Source: an uncultured Bacteroidota bacterium (GTDB taxonomy: Bacteria; Bacteroidota; Bacteroidia; Bacteroidales; GCA-2748055). From it: 64,000 nucleotides of DNA. Shown one piece after another: positions 1-10,822 of this stretch. The DNA is taken from contig CAVQUO010000024.1 in NCBI GenBank assembly GCA_963716765.1, positions 1,491-65,490 on the forward strand. Reading direction: 5' to 3'. The translations under genes were made by a program, and so were the position numbers. Below the pieces are notes generated by a model that worked only from the letters and a program-made list of their open reading frames with translations, searched no databases and was not told the origin of the DNA. Position 1 is the stretch's first letter. Each line of letters starts with the position of its first letter.

Positions 1-1245
1 GCAGCAAGGGCCAATGCAAAGGAGTATGGCTACCAGGGAGCCATGTTCCCCTGGCAGAGTGGAAGCGACGGAAGGGAAGAGACTCAGGTGATTCATCTCA
101 ATCCCTTGTCGGGCGAGTGGGGAGAAGATTACAGCTCGCTGCAGAGACATATTTCTCTGGCCATTGCCTACAATACCTGGAACTATTACCATGCTACAGG
201 CGACCAGGAATTTATGGAAGAGCTACGGGGCTGAAATGCTTCTGGATATATCCTTATTCTGGGTCAGCAAAGCCAGGAAAGATGAGGCAGGAGAAAGATA
301 CCATATCGACAAGGTCATGGGCCCCGATGAATTTCATGAGAAATTACCTGGCAGCACTGAGGGGGGGCTTACTGATAATGCTTACAGCAATATCATGGTG
401 AGCTGGATGCTTGATAAAGCCTTTCGTATTCTTCAGGTTTTGTCACAGAAAAAAGGTCCGGGTCTCTCAAAGCTGAAGATTTCGAACAACGATCTGGAAA
501 GGTGGAAGGATATTATGCATAAACTTTCGCTAAATCTAGATGGTGATGGAGTGATTGAGCAGTTTTTAGGATATTTCGGTCTGGCGGAACTGGACTGGGA
601 TCATTACATGGATAAATATGGTGATATTCATCGCCTCGACAGAATATTGAAGGCCGAAGGGAGGTCTCCCGATGAGTTTAAACTGGCCAAGCAGGCCGAT
701 CTGCTCATGAGCTTCTATAACCTGGGCGAGGAGGATGTCAGCATCTATAGAATTCCATGGGCTATGCTCTTCCCAAGGATTACATGGAGACCAATTTTGA
801 TTACTATATAAACCGCACCTCCCACGGATCCACACTTAGTCGTTTGGTTCACGCCAGGTTGGCCTGGCAAATGGGCAGGAGGGAAATGGGCTGGGAGCTA
901 TTTATGGATGCATTAAGAAGCGACCTGGTGGATATCCAGGGTGGAACCACCGGGGAAGGAATACATTGTGGCGTAATGGCAGGCACCTTGTGCGATGTGA
1001 TATTTACTTTCGGAGGAGTGAATCTGAAAGGTGATTATCCCTCTATTCATCCTGTATTGCCCCATCACTGGACCGGCCTTAAATTTGCTTTCACCTTCAG
1101 GGGCACTCATTACCAGCTTGCTATCACTGGTGAAAAGCTTATGATTTTTGCTGAAAATGCAAAAAAGGAAAAATTAATAGTTGATCTTTGCGGAGTTCAA
1201 ACAGAGCTTCCCCAGGGAGAATGGAGAACGATAAAATACAAATAA
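1..1245 (+). CDS. Glycoside hydrolase family 65 disaccharide phosphorylase (maltose/trehalose/kojibiose phosphorylase type), 3' part. The 5' end is outside the window and the frame is broken twice (about 225-235 and 760-810).
   Basis: Frame 1 from nt 1 reads YGYQGAMFPWQSGSDGREETQ...YYHATGDQEF. It continues in frame 2 (YGAEMLLDISLFWVSKA...) and returns to frame 1 (INRTSHGSTLS...GGTTGEGIHCGVMAG). These are conserved GH65 catalytic and C-terminal blocks. Confidence 0.8.
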
Positions 1246-1257
1246 AAAGAAGGAATA

Positions 1258-1926
1258 ATGTTAGGAGATATACTTCTGATAAATGATATGCACAAAGATG
1301 CAGCTCAGAGCATTTTTGAGCAGGTTCAAAAGGCCCGCGAGAACGTGGATGAGCCTTACCGCTACATTATTGCAATTTCAGGCGAATCCGGGTCCGGAAA
1401 ATCAGAGCTTTCTCATGCCCTTGGGAAATTGCTGAAGGATTCTAATGTGCGTGTAAAGATCATACATACCGATAATTATTATAAGATTCAACCCTTGCTT
1501 CGAGAGGAGTGGCGCAGGAACAAAGGCTTTGATAAAATTGGTCTCAATGAATATGACTGGATCAAGATTCGTAAAACCATTCGTGATTTTAAGGAGGAGC
1601 AGGAGTGCATGATTCCGTGTATTGACCTGATCCCAGAACAGGTGGATAAGCTTATCACCGACTTCAGTAAGATAGACCTGCTTATAATAGAAGGGCTTTA
1701 TGCCATTAATACACCCGAAGTTAACATGAGGGTGTATATCGATCTGACCTATCATGAGACCAAGATTAACCAGATCATCAGGATGAAAGAGGCCATGAGC
1801 GACTTTCGTATGGCTATCCTCGAAAAGGAACATCAAGCAGTAATATCCCTGAAACCACAAGCCGATCTGATCGTAGATAAATCATACCAGGTGGTAACGG
1901 CGGAGGAACACAATAAAGGCATTTAA
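1258..1926 (+). CDS. P-loop kinase of the uridine kinase / phosphoribulokinase family
   Basis: Intact 222-aa ORF starting 13 nt after the GH65 stop. Walker A ISGESGSGKSELS is followed by IIHTDNYY, a uridine-kinase-like pattern. Confidence 0.65.
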   Translation: MLGDILLINDMHKDAAQSIFEQVQKARENVDEPYRYIIAISGESGSGKSELSHALGKLLKDSNVRVKIIHTDNYYKIQPLLREEWRRNKGFDKIGLNEYDWIKIRKTIRDFKEEQECMIPCIDLIPEQVDKLITDFSKIDLLIIEGLYAINTPEVNMRVYIDLTYHETKINQIIRMKEAMSDFRMAILEKEHQAVISLKPQADLIVDKSYQVVTAEEHNKGI

Positions 1927-1936
1927 GACCTGTTTT

Positions 1937-2311
1937 ATGCAAATGCCCAAAATACTTTATGTGGATGATGAGGAGATCAATCTTGAGTTGCTCCAACTTA
2001 CATTCATGAACGACTTGGAAGTGATCACTGCTAAATCTGCAAAGGATGGATTGAAGATACTCGAATCGCATCATGATATTCAGGTGGTTATTTCGGATCT
2101 GAAGATGCCGGTAATGAACGGACTCGACTTTATCAAGGAGATTAAGCAGAAATACGAGAACAAAGTATGCATGTTACTGACCGGCTTTATGGAATCTGAA
2201 ATAATGATGGAAGGATTTAATAAAGAATTGATATTCAGGTATTTAATGAAGCCATGGAAAAAAGACGCATTAATGGAAGCCATTCTGCAGGCTTTGGACA
2301 GGCAAGCCTGA
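1937..2311 (+). CDS. Stand-alone response regulator receiver (CheY-like) protein
   Basis: 124 aa with ILYVDDEEINL, phospho-acceptor context VVISDLKMPVMNG and the conserved Lys in YLMKPW. No output domain. Confidence 0.85.
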   Translation: MQMPKILYVDDEEINLELLQLTFMNDLEVITAKSAKDGLKILESHHDIQVVISDLKMPVMNGLDFIKEIKQKYENKVCMLLTGFMESEIMMEGFNKELIFRYLMKPWKKDALMEAILQALDRQA

Positions 2312-2312
2312 A

Positions 2313-3700
2313 CTAAGAGACCTCAGGCACTGTCCAGGCTGGTAAAAACACATCAAACCTGACGGTCCCGGGTAAATTTTTAACTTCCAGTTTCCCCCCG
2401 TGTTCCTTAATAATCATGTAGCTGAGCGACATCCCCAGGCCTACACCCTCTCCAGCCTCCCGGGAGGAAAGAAGGGGTCGAAGATGTGTTTGAGATCTTT
2501 TTCCGGGATAGCCGGCACCACTATTACAAAAGGAGATCCTGGTGTAGGGCCTGCGATTGTGGCTCTCCCGGGCAGCTGAAATCTCGATCGTTTCACGGCT
2601 TCTTTTCTCCTTGGATTCCAAAGCATCGATGGCATTCCTGAGTATATGAGTAAACACCAGTTTTAACTGCTGCTCGTGGCAGCTAACCCTCAGGTCTTTT
2701 TGAATATCAGTGGTCAGGTCAATATAGTAAGGGAGCCTGGATTCAATGCTTCGTAATACAGATTGAATTAATGTTTCCACGTTTATCTCTTCTTTCTCCT
2801 GGTTTGATTTTGGATTGGCAAAAAAATCAAGTTTGGATATAATATTACTGGCACGCTCCACTCCCTCGAAGGATGAACTCATCACATGATCTAATAGCTT
2901 GATGATATCTTTTTTCTCGTCGTTTGAGTTAGTATCAAGGGTGATATACCTCTCCTTTAGTGAATTAAGCACATTCAGGCTCCCTGAAATAAAATTCAGC
3001 GGATTGTTGATCTCATGGGCAAGACCAGAGGTGAGTATTCCCAGGGAAGCCATTTTTTCCGACTGGACCAGCTCGTCATGCTGCTTATCCAAAATCATTT
3101 TGAATTGGAGGTTCTTGACAAAAAGAAGACGCAGGGCTAAGTTTACAAAGAGAAAAAGGAAGGCAGGAATAAGCCTGTAGTAAAAGTGGTTCTCCAAAAC
3201 AAAGGGGATGATTTTTTCCGATCCATCACTCAAGTAGATGAGATAATTTATCAATAAAGATCGTTAAAAACAGATAGATAGCCAGCGTGATATAGAGAGG
3301 AAGCCATTGGCGGATCGGGTGAAGGATGAAGTGGGGGATGATCGACAGGCCAATGGGGATATAGGGGAACCAAAAGTAAAACTCATCTGAAAACACCCCT
3401 CCCAGGGGTGGCAGAATCAGGATAAGAAAAGGAAGGGAAACAAGGATAAGCGCACGGGCAGAGTTGACACGGCGTTTTCGAAGGAGCCAAAGATTCAAGA
3501 TACTCAACAGAATGATGGTATGATAGCGATAAGTAATTACTACACAGATCTTCATCCATGCTATGAAGCAAAACCACCACAATTCCGAACAGAACAATCA
3601 GGGCATAGTTAATGGCCACCAGAGAAAAGGCCTCTCTGTCCAGGTCAAAGCTATAACCCAGTAAAAATCTGTCAAAAAAGGATTTCCTGAATCTGATCAA
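2313..3700 (-). CDS. Membrane-bound sensor histidine kinase (multi-TM N-terminus, HisKA, HATPase_c). The frame is broken about 3250 and 3590, with an additional compensated double frameshift about 2468-2510.
   Basis: H-box LTSGLAHEINNPLNFISGSL, G2 box GEGVGLGMSLSYMIIKEHGG, and hydrophobic N-terminal pieces in ORFs 3383..3700 and 3226..3597. The alternative frame 2441..2635 carries the expected IPEKDLKHIFDPFF block. Confidence 0.8.
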
Positions 3701-3829
3701 AACAAAGTCAATATATCATTGAATTTACGTCATTCTCCTAAGTCCTCAAAACCCTGTGGCACAATCTTTGAAACCAAAGCCCCCGGTATTACGTAAACCC
3801 ATCAGTAATTTGAACAAAAACAAAGAGAA

Positions 3830-4636
3830 ATGAAACAGCAATTAAGATTTACACTTGTCATTGCCGCCACCTTATTATTTACAGTATTTTCATGTGACAA
3901 TGAACCGGTCGATCAGCAGCCAGAGCTTCCTCCCGTGGAGAGCATGATGATGGATTTTTCAGATTTTTCTGATCAGCCTGCAAGCGCCAAGGGCACAGCT
4001 GAAACCTACCAGAACTTTTCGCGATCCTACATAACAGTAGGGTTTTGGAATATCTCGGTTACACTGGTCTCTGCTCTACCTGTGGCCGCATATGCCCATG
4101 CACTGCAACAACAAGCTATTTACCAGGGAGACAATACCTGGGAGTGGTCATATGAATTCTCATTGAATAATGTGAGCTATTCAGCAAGCCTCACCGCCAA
4201 AAGGATCAATAACGAGGAGTTTTCCGTGGAGATGTTGATAGCCTTTTCAACTTATCCGGATCACAGTGTTAAGTGGTTTGATGGGGTGGTCAGGTATGAT
4301 CAAACCAAAGCCGATTGGACCTTTTATAAGGATGGAACCATTCCGGTTCTTGAGATCGACTGGAACAAGGATTTTGAAAGCGAGGCTGCCGATCTGACTT
4401 ACACCTATACTGAGCCCGGTCAAGCTGAGAGTGGAAGTTACATCATGTGGGAGTATATGCCGGGAGCGGTATACGATGCTGCCTATAAGGTTTCCATGTC
4501 GGCAGGAACAAGCAACATAGAGTGGAATATCACGACCCTCGAAGGACGAATCAAAGACGCTGAATTTTTCGGAGATGATGCATGGCATTGCTGGGATTCC
4601 TACGTAAACGGACTGGCAGACATGGAATGCAACTAA
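3830..4636 (+). CDS. Exported lipoprotein, unknown function
   Basis: Intact 268-aa ORF with signal peptide and lipobox (LLFTVFSCDNEP). I recognise no family motif. Confidence 0.6.
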   Translation: MKQQLRFTLVIAATLLFTVFSCDNEPVDQQPELPPVESMMMDFSDFSDQPASAKGTAETYQNFSRSYITVGFWNISVTLVSALPVAAYAHALQQQAIYQGDNTWEWSYEFSLNNVSYSASLTAKRINNEEFSVEMLIAFSTYPDHSVKWFDGVVRYDQTKADWTFYKDGTIPVLEIDWNKDFESEAADLTYTYTEPGQAESGSYIMWEYMPGAVYDAAYKVSMSAGTSNIEWNITTLEGRIKDAEFFGDDAWHCWDSYVNGLADMECN

Positions 4637-4676
4637 GGTTCTGCTACTCAATCAATACCCTGCCCTTAGAAAACAG

Positions 4677-4716
4677 AAGAGGATGCCCCTTTTGAGACAT
4701 CCTCTTTCTGTTATTT
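4677..4716 (+). terminator. Rho-independent terminator between convergent genes
   Basis: A perfect 9-bp stem AAGAGGATG (4677-4685) / CATCCTCTT (4698-4706) with a 12-nt loop, followed by TCTGTTATTTTT. Confidence 0.65.
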
Positions 4717-4805
4717 TTACCTCCCAATCCGGTAGGAGATCTTCAACAGGACCGTATTCCCGGGAAAACGCAGATAAAAAAAGCCACTTGCGACAAAAAA
4801 TCCAT

Positions 4806-5456
4806 TTATAATACGAAGATGGAGTCGATCAGAACCTGCTTTATGAGGTATTGACCACTGTCGGGAAGCGCCTGTATTCGGCGCACCACATCCATTCCTT
4901 CCATCACTTTTCCAAAGGCCGCAAAACCTGCACCGTCGGGGTTCCGTCCACCCCCATAATCAAGCGAGGGTTGATCTCCCACGCAGATGAATATTTCTGT
5001 GGAGGCCGTTCCCGGTTCCATTCTGGCCATGGAGATCACCCCATCGGCATGAAGGATGCCGGTAAAATTGGTCGTTTCATGTTCAATGGGGGTATAGCTT
5101 TCAATCAGATCATCATCAAACAATCCTCCCTGGATAACCTCGATTTTTACCCTACTGTTTGGCTGGTTATCGGGTCGGACTACTCTGTAAAATGTCGCCC
5201 CCGTATATACCCCCTGCTCAACAAGGGATAGAAAATTGGAGGCAGTTATGGGCGCTTTTTCAGTTTCGATTTCCAGGGTAATATCGCCCAGTTCAGTTCT
5301 TATGACCACCTGCTCGGTTTCGGACCGGTCACAGGAGACCAGTCCGGCCGACAGAATCATTAAGGCCCAAATACCGAACCTATGCAAGTTTATGTTTTGT
5401 GAGAAAATCATTGAGGACTCCTTCCAGATTTGGTTCGCCAATTTCCTGAAGGTCAT
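4806..5456 (-). CDS. Cyclophilin-type peptidyl-prolyl cis-trans isomerase, exported/lipoprotein form
   Basis: GDITLEIETEKAPITASNFLSLVEQGVYTGATFYRVV and MARMEPGTASTEIFI are cyclophilin blocks. Lipobox SAGLVSCD. The true start is probably the internal Met at 5411. Confidence 0.85.
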   Translation of the reverse strand: MTFRKLANQIWKESSMIFSQNINLHRFGIWALMILSAGLVSCDRSETEQVVIRTELGDITLEIETEKAPITASNFLSLVEQGVYTGATFYRVVRPDNQPNSRVKIEVIQGGLFDDDLIESYTPIEHETTNFTGILHADGVISMARMEPGTASTEIFICVGDQPSLDYGGGRNPDGAGFAAFGKVMEGMDVVRRIQALPDSGQYLIKQVLIDSIFVL

Positions 5457-6721
5457 AGTAGACCCTGGTGAATGGTTTTTTAATGTGAATGATCCTGCTC
5501 AGGTCAATGGGCGTGCCGATCACAACCGCATCACAATCGGAATTGTTAATGGTAGTTTCCAGGTCCTTTAGCTGTTGTTCTCCGTAGCCCATTGCTGGTA
5601 AAAGAACACCGATATTGGGATAGATCTCAAAGGTTTCACTCAACTTTCCAACAGTAAACGGACGAGGATCGACCAGCCCGGAGGCTCCGAACTTCCTGGC
5701 TGCAACAACACCGGCCCCAATTTTCATCTCGCCATGGGTGAGGGTCGGGCCATCTTCGACCACCAAAACCCTCTTCCCTTTAATCACTCCAGGATTGTCC
5801 ACCCGTATGGGAGAGGCACCATCAATTACGATGGCGCCAGGGTTCACCTTTTCGATATTTTCTCTGACTTCCTGTATCCCCTCAGGAGATGCGCTATCCA
5901 TTTTGTTGATCACTACTACATCGGAAGTACGAAGAACAACCTCTCCGGGATAGTAGGAGAGCTCGTGACCGGGCCGGTGGGGATCCACAACACCAATGGT
6001 CAGATCAGGTTTATAGAAGGAAAAATCGTTATTCCCTCCATCCCAGAGGATGATGTCACATCCATCGGGATCCTGCTCAGCAGCCCTGACAATGGCCTCA
6101 TAGTCGACCCCGGCATAAATCACGTTCCCCCGAACCACGTGAGGTTCATATTCCTCCATCTCCTCGATGGTACATTTATGCTTCTTAAGGTCCTCCACAC
6201 TTGCAAAACGCTGGACCCTCTGTGCCACCAGGTCGCCATAAGGCATGGGGTGCCTGATGGCCACAACCTTAAGCCCTCTTTTCCATGAGTATTTCTATGA
6301 CTCGTCTTGAGGTCTGACTCTTTCCGCAACCCGTCCTTACCGCACAAACAGAAATCACCGGCAGTGTGCTTTTAATCATGGTATCATTGGTGCCCAGAAG
6401 GACAAAGTTGGCTCCCGCGGCATTTACAATCGCACTCATATTCATAACCCTTTGGTAGGGAAGGTCGCTGTAGGAAAAAACACAGGTTTTTATATTCAAT
6501 TCTTCAATCAGGCTGCTAAGCTTCTCTTCAGCGTATATGGGGATCCCCTCGGGATATAAACTACCTGCAAGTTCAGCAGGATACTTTCTTCCGTCGATAT
6601 CCGGAATCTGGGCAGCTGTAAATGCAAGTACATTGTACTCTTGCCTGTCCCTGAAATAGGTGTTGAAATTATGAAAGTCTCTTCCGGCAGCTCCCATAAT
6701 CAGAATATTTTTCCTTGTCAT
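5380..6721 (-). CDS. Cyclic 2,3-diphosphoglycerate synthetase-like P-loop protein (often annotated as a GTPase). One frameshift about 6264-6290.
   Basis: The N-terminal ORF 6269..6721 (ILIMGAAGRDFHNFN, P-loop CAVRTGCGKSQTSR) continues in ORF 5380..6264 in another frame (MPYGDLVAQRVQRF...VINKMD). Confidence 0.65.
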
Positions 6722-6891
6722 AAATAGGTAGTTTAAAAATGGAGTTTCTCAAATTTATATCAATATGCCATAGCGTGTTACCGAATATGCTGTATAATAG
6801 CTGTGCTTGAAAACATTTTTATAACTTCAGCGTATTACATATTAATAGGTTTTTCGAAATTTTATATATTGAAAGTCAAAAAATTGGGAAA

Positions 6892-7510
6892 TTGAACTTT
6901 CTGGCACATACATACCTGTCCGGAAACAATGAGGAAATCATTGTTGGGAATTTTATGGGTGATTATGTAAAGGGAAGGGATTATATGATTTTCCCGGAGC
7001 AGGTGAAAAAGGGATTTTGATTGCACCGTGATATCGATTCCTTTACCGACATGCACCTGATTACCCGAAGGAATAAGTTGCGGGTTTCTGCGAGGTATCA
7101 TAAGTATGCCGGCATCATTATCGACATTTTTTACGATCATTTTCTGGCTTCCCTTTGGGACCAGTATTCAGATCTTACCCCTCCAGGATTTTGTAAATCG
7201 CACCTACGATCTTTTAAAGCGAAATTACAAGGTGCTGCCCGAGGCCATTAAGAGGTGGTTTCCCACCTTCCTGGAAAATAACTGGATGATGGCTTACCGG
7301 AAGGTGGAAGGAATTGAACTGGTCCTGGAAAGGATGTCTGCCAATACTTCGCTGCCCAACCATGCAGGATATGCCATTGAGGTACTCAGGGAGCAGTACT
7401 CGGTCTTTGAAGAAGATTTCCAGGAATTTTTCCCTTTGATGGTTGCCTTTCTTGAGGATAAGTACGAGATTTCCATTAACGAAACGAGGGGTAATTACCC
7501 CGATTCCTAG
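6892..7510 (+). pseudogene. acpH: Acyl carrier protein phosphodiesterase (AcpH) with an in-frame TGA at 7018-7020 and a frameshift about 7110-7250
   Basis: A TTG start gives LNFLAHTYLSGNNEEIIVGNFMGDYVKG...KKGF*LHRDIDSFTDMH (AcpH N-terminal signature). The C-terminal part lies in ORF 7106..7510. Confidence 0.7.
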
Positions 7511-8933
7511 CTCAGGATTTCAAGTCTGCTTGCATCCAGCCTGAGAAAGATGAACAGGAACATGGAGAAGGCCCAAAGCGAGGACCCCCCGTAGCTGAAA
7601 AAGGGTAGAGGGATTCCAATCACTGGCAGGATTCCTATGGTCATCCCAATGTTGACAAGGAAATGGATGAAGATTATCGAGACGAAGCAGTATCCGAAGA
7701 TCCGGCTGAATGCCGACCGTTGTCGTTCAGCCAGGAAAATCATTCTTAGCATAAGTCCCAGATAAAGCAGGATAACAAATGTGGTGCCCAGGAAACCCCA
7801 CTCTTCTCCAACCGTACAGAAAATGAAGTCGGTACTTTGCTCCGGAACAAAATGAAGCTTGGTCTGGGTGCCATTCAGATAGCCTTTTCCCTTAAACCCG
7901 CCCGAGCCGATGGCAATCTTGGATTGGTTCACATTGTATCCCACCCCCTGAGGATCATCATCCATGCCAAGGGTTACATAGATCCTGTGTTGCTGGTGAG
8001 GTTTCAGGATATTATTGATGGAATAGTCTACCGAGATCATAAAAAGGACAGCAATGACCACTCCTGCCAGTATTTTAAGGTGATCGTACATTCTGGATTT
8101 GAGCCCCTTGATGAACAGGACTATGGTAATGGGAATTAAAGAGAACAAGTCCGATGGTGAAGGTCGAAAAACCTGTATTCAGCAGTCGGTTGATTCCATA
8201 GAGTGCTCCAAAGGTGAGCCCAGCCAGGCCCCGATTGATGGCAGCCTTTTTGGTCGATTTGGCCACGAAGGCATAGATTAGCAAACCCATAAACACAAGG
8301 ATCAGCAAAACAAGTGCCTTATCCGTTACAAGTGTGGCAAAAAAAAGGAACAGCAGGGCGGCCAGCAGTAGCATGATATTGGCCGAGAATCCCTCCCGGA
8401 ATAATACAAATATAAAGGCAAAGTATACCAGGGTTGATCCCATATCGGGTTGCAGAAGGATCAGGGCAGGAGGTATGAATATAATCACAAAGGCTTTAAA
8501 CAGATCCCGAATCTTCTCAGTTCGAAGTTGTGAGATGTAGAGAAGTTTTGCAAGGGCCAGCGCGGTCATGGGTTTTGCAAATTCGGATGGTTGAAACTGG
8601 AATCCTCCTATCACAAACCAGCTCTTTGCCCCGTTCACCTCTGTTCCGAATAAGCAGGACCGCCATCAGAATCACGACCATAATGATGTAGAGGATGTAA
8701 GAGAAGTAGATGTAGAATTTCGCATCAAGTATCAGCAATAGGATGGCCAGGACGATGGAGGCCCCTATCCATATAATTTGTTTCCCAAATCGTTGCGAAA
8801 GGTCAAATATCCCACCCTCTGCTTCCATGATGTTTGCAGAATAGATATTCATCCAGCCAAAGGAGAGAATCACGAGCCACAGGAGAATGGAGATCCAGTC
8901 GATATTTGCTAATGTGTTATTTCTAGGATCCAT
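7507..8933 (-). CDS. rodA: Rod shape-determining protein RodA (FtsW/RodA/SpoVE family), split into three ORFs by two frameshifts (about 8120 and 8630)
   Basis: The C-terminal block is FVPEQSTDFIFCTVGEEWGFLG...IGIPLPFFSYGGSS. The middle part has NGAKSWFVIGGFQFQPSEFAK, and the N-terminal part is TM segments. The gene follows mrdA. Confidence 0.9.
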
Positions 8934-8937
8934 ATTT

Positions 8938-10822
8938 TTACTGGCTTTGTTCGCTTGAGTCCACTTTTATTTCGCTTGTGTCAGCAACTGGGTTTGTTTT
9001 TTTTACCACAGGGGGGATTTTCCCCATGACATAGTTTTCGTACCAGGTACGTTTCACCTCTCCGGTAAGATATTTTTCGATCATCAGGCTGGCAATTGGG
9101 GCAGCATAGGTGGTCCCGAATCCCTGGTTCTCCACATATACGGCAATGGCAATTTTCGGATCATCTTTGGGAGCAAAGGCGATAAATATTGAATGGTCAT
9201 TGCCATGCGGGTTCTGGGCGGTCCCGGTCTTCCCGCATACAATGATGTCAGCGATCTTTGCATTACGTGCCGTGGATCCCGGCCCGCCGTTAACCACCAG
9301 TTCCATCCCGTCAACGATGGGTGCGTAATTAACTGAATCGATGCTTGTGTAGTGCCTGCTTGTATAAGCCTCATCGATTTGATCAACCCCCTCAATTTCT
9401 CTCACCAGGTGCGGAGTGATGTAGTAGCCCCGGTTGGCCAGGGTCGCCGTCATGTTAGCCATTTGAAGAGGAGTGATGAGTATTTCCCCCTGTCCTATAC
9501 CAAGAGATCGGATGGTCACATAGTTCCAGTGATTTTCTCCGTATATCCGGTCATAATATCCTGCTTCGGGAATGTTCCCGTTCAGTTCGTTTGTAAGCTC
9601 AATTCCCAGGGGATTCGCAAAGCCAAAGGACAGCAGATGGTTTCTCCAATTGGTATATGCTTCAGCAGTGGAGGCGAATTTCGCATCCTGGAGAATATTT
9701 TTAAGGGTTTGGATGAAATAGGTATTGCAGGAGTGCTGAACCGCCTCAATCAGGTTCAGGGGTGTTTCATGCAGGTGACATCCGGTATGGATACTTCCAA
9801 TATAGAAACCGTAGTAGCAATGCTGCTCGGTTGATATCGAAATGACGTTCTCCTGAAGTCCGATGAGCCCCATCATTGTTTTAAAGGTTGATCCAGGAGG
9901 GTACTGTGCCATCAGAGCCCTGTTAAACAAAGGATTAAGGGTGTCGGAAGCGAGTTCTCCAAATCTCAGTCCCAGGTTTCTTCCCACCAGCAAATCGGGA
10001 GGAAAGGAGGGGGCGCTCACCAGGGCAAGAACCTCCCCTGTCGCGGGCTCAATAGCTACCACACTGCCCACATAGGGTTTCATGAGCAATTCACCATACG
10101 CCTGTAGACTTGCATCCAGGGTGGAAACCAGGTTTTTACCCACTTCAACCGATCTGTCCAGTTTTCCCCCCTGGTAGGATTCAATGGTTTGGTTGTGGAC
10201 ATCCTTCAAAAATACATTCTGTCCCTTTTCGCCTCTTAAATAGGGCTCATAGGCTTTTTCGATACCAGAAACACCTATGTAATCGCCCAGTTGATAATAG
10301 GGATCCCTGTCAAGAATCCGCTGATCCACTTCCCCCACATAGCCAAGGGCATGTGCTGCAATCGGAGCTGTGTATTTCCTGAGGGTTCGCGTCTGAACGT
10401 AAAAGCCGGGGTACTGGAAAAGCTTCTCCTGAAGCAGTGCTGCATGCTCGATAACTTAACTGTTTCATGAAGACCGACGGAACCCGGTAAGAGTAGGCTT
10501 TGGCCGCCCTCAATCGTTCTTGAAGGTTCTCCCGTGTGATGTTGAGTATCCGGCAAATCTCAGTTGTGTCGAATGCTTCCACCTGACGCGGCGTAACCAT
10601 GATGTCGTAGGCCGCCTGGTTGTACACCATTATTTCCCCGTTCCGGTCATAAATCAAGCCTCTGGCAGGATAGATGATCCTTACACTCTGGGCATTGCTC
10701 AGGGCAAACTGTTCATAGGATTTATCCAGGATCTGGAGGTGAAACAATCTGGCAATATATACCAGGCATACCAGAGTGATGATCACAGTAAAAACGTACC
10801 TTCTGTCAGTGAACTGGTTCAT
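8938..10822 (-). CDS. mrdA: Penicillin-binding protein 2 (elongasome transpeptidase), one frameshift about 10455
   Basis: N-terminal anchor and dimerisation part lie in 10310..10822. The transpeptidase part in 8938..10338 has STFK (PPGSTFKT), the SxN region and KTGTAQ. I traced the junction as ...MKQLS / IEHAALLQEKLFQYPGFYVQ. Confidence 0.9.

Noticed and set aside
5734-6288. Long antisense ORFs lie inside coding regions. Examples are 5734..6288, 9352..9834, 33714..34145, 40228..40710, 41086..41604 and 61919..62524.
   Set aside because: Each lies opposite a gene with strong family motifs and has no motif, export signal or sensible start context of its own. These are shadow ORFs.
7018-7020. 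The in-frame TGA could be evidence for an alternative genetic code (TGA as Trp or Gly).
   Set aside because: TGA ends several otherwise full-length conserved genes here, for example the receiver at 2309-2311 and the thioesterase at 18799-18801. It is also a single case in a gene that carries a frameshift as well.
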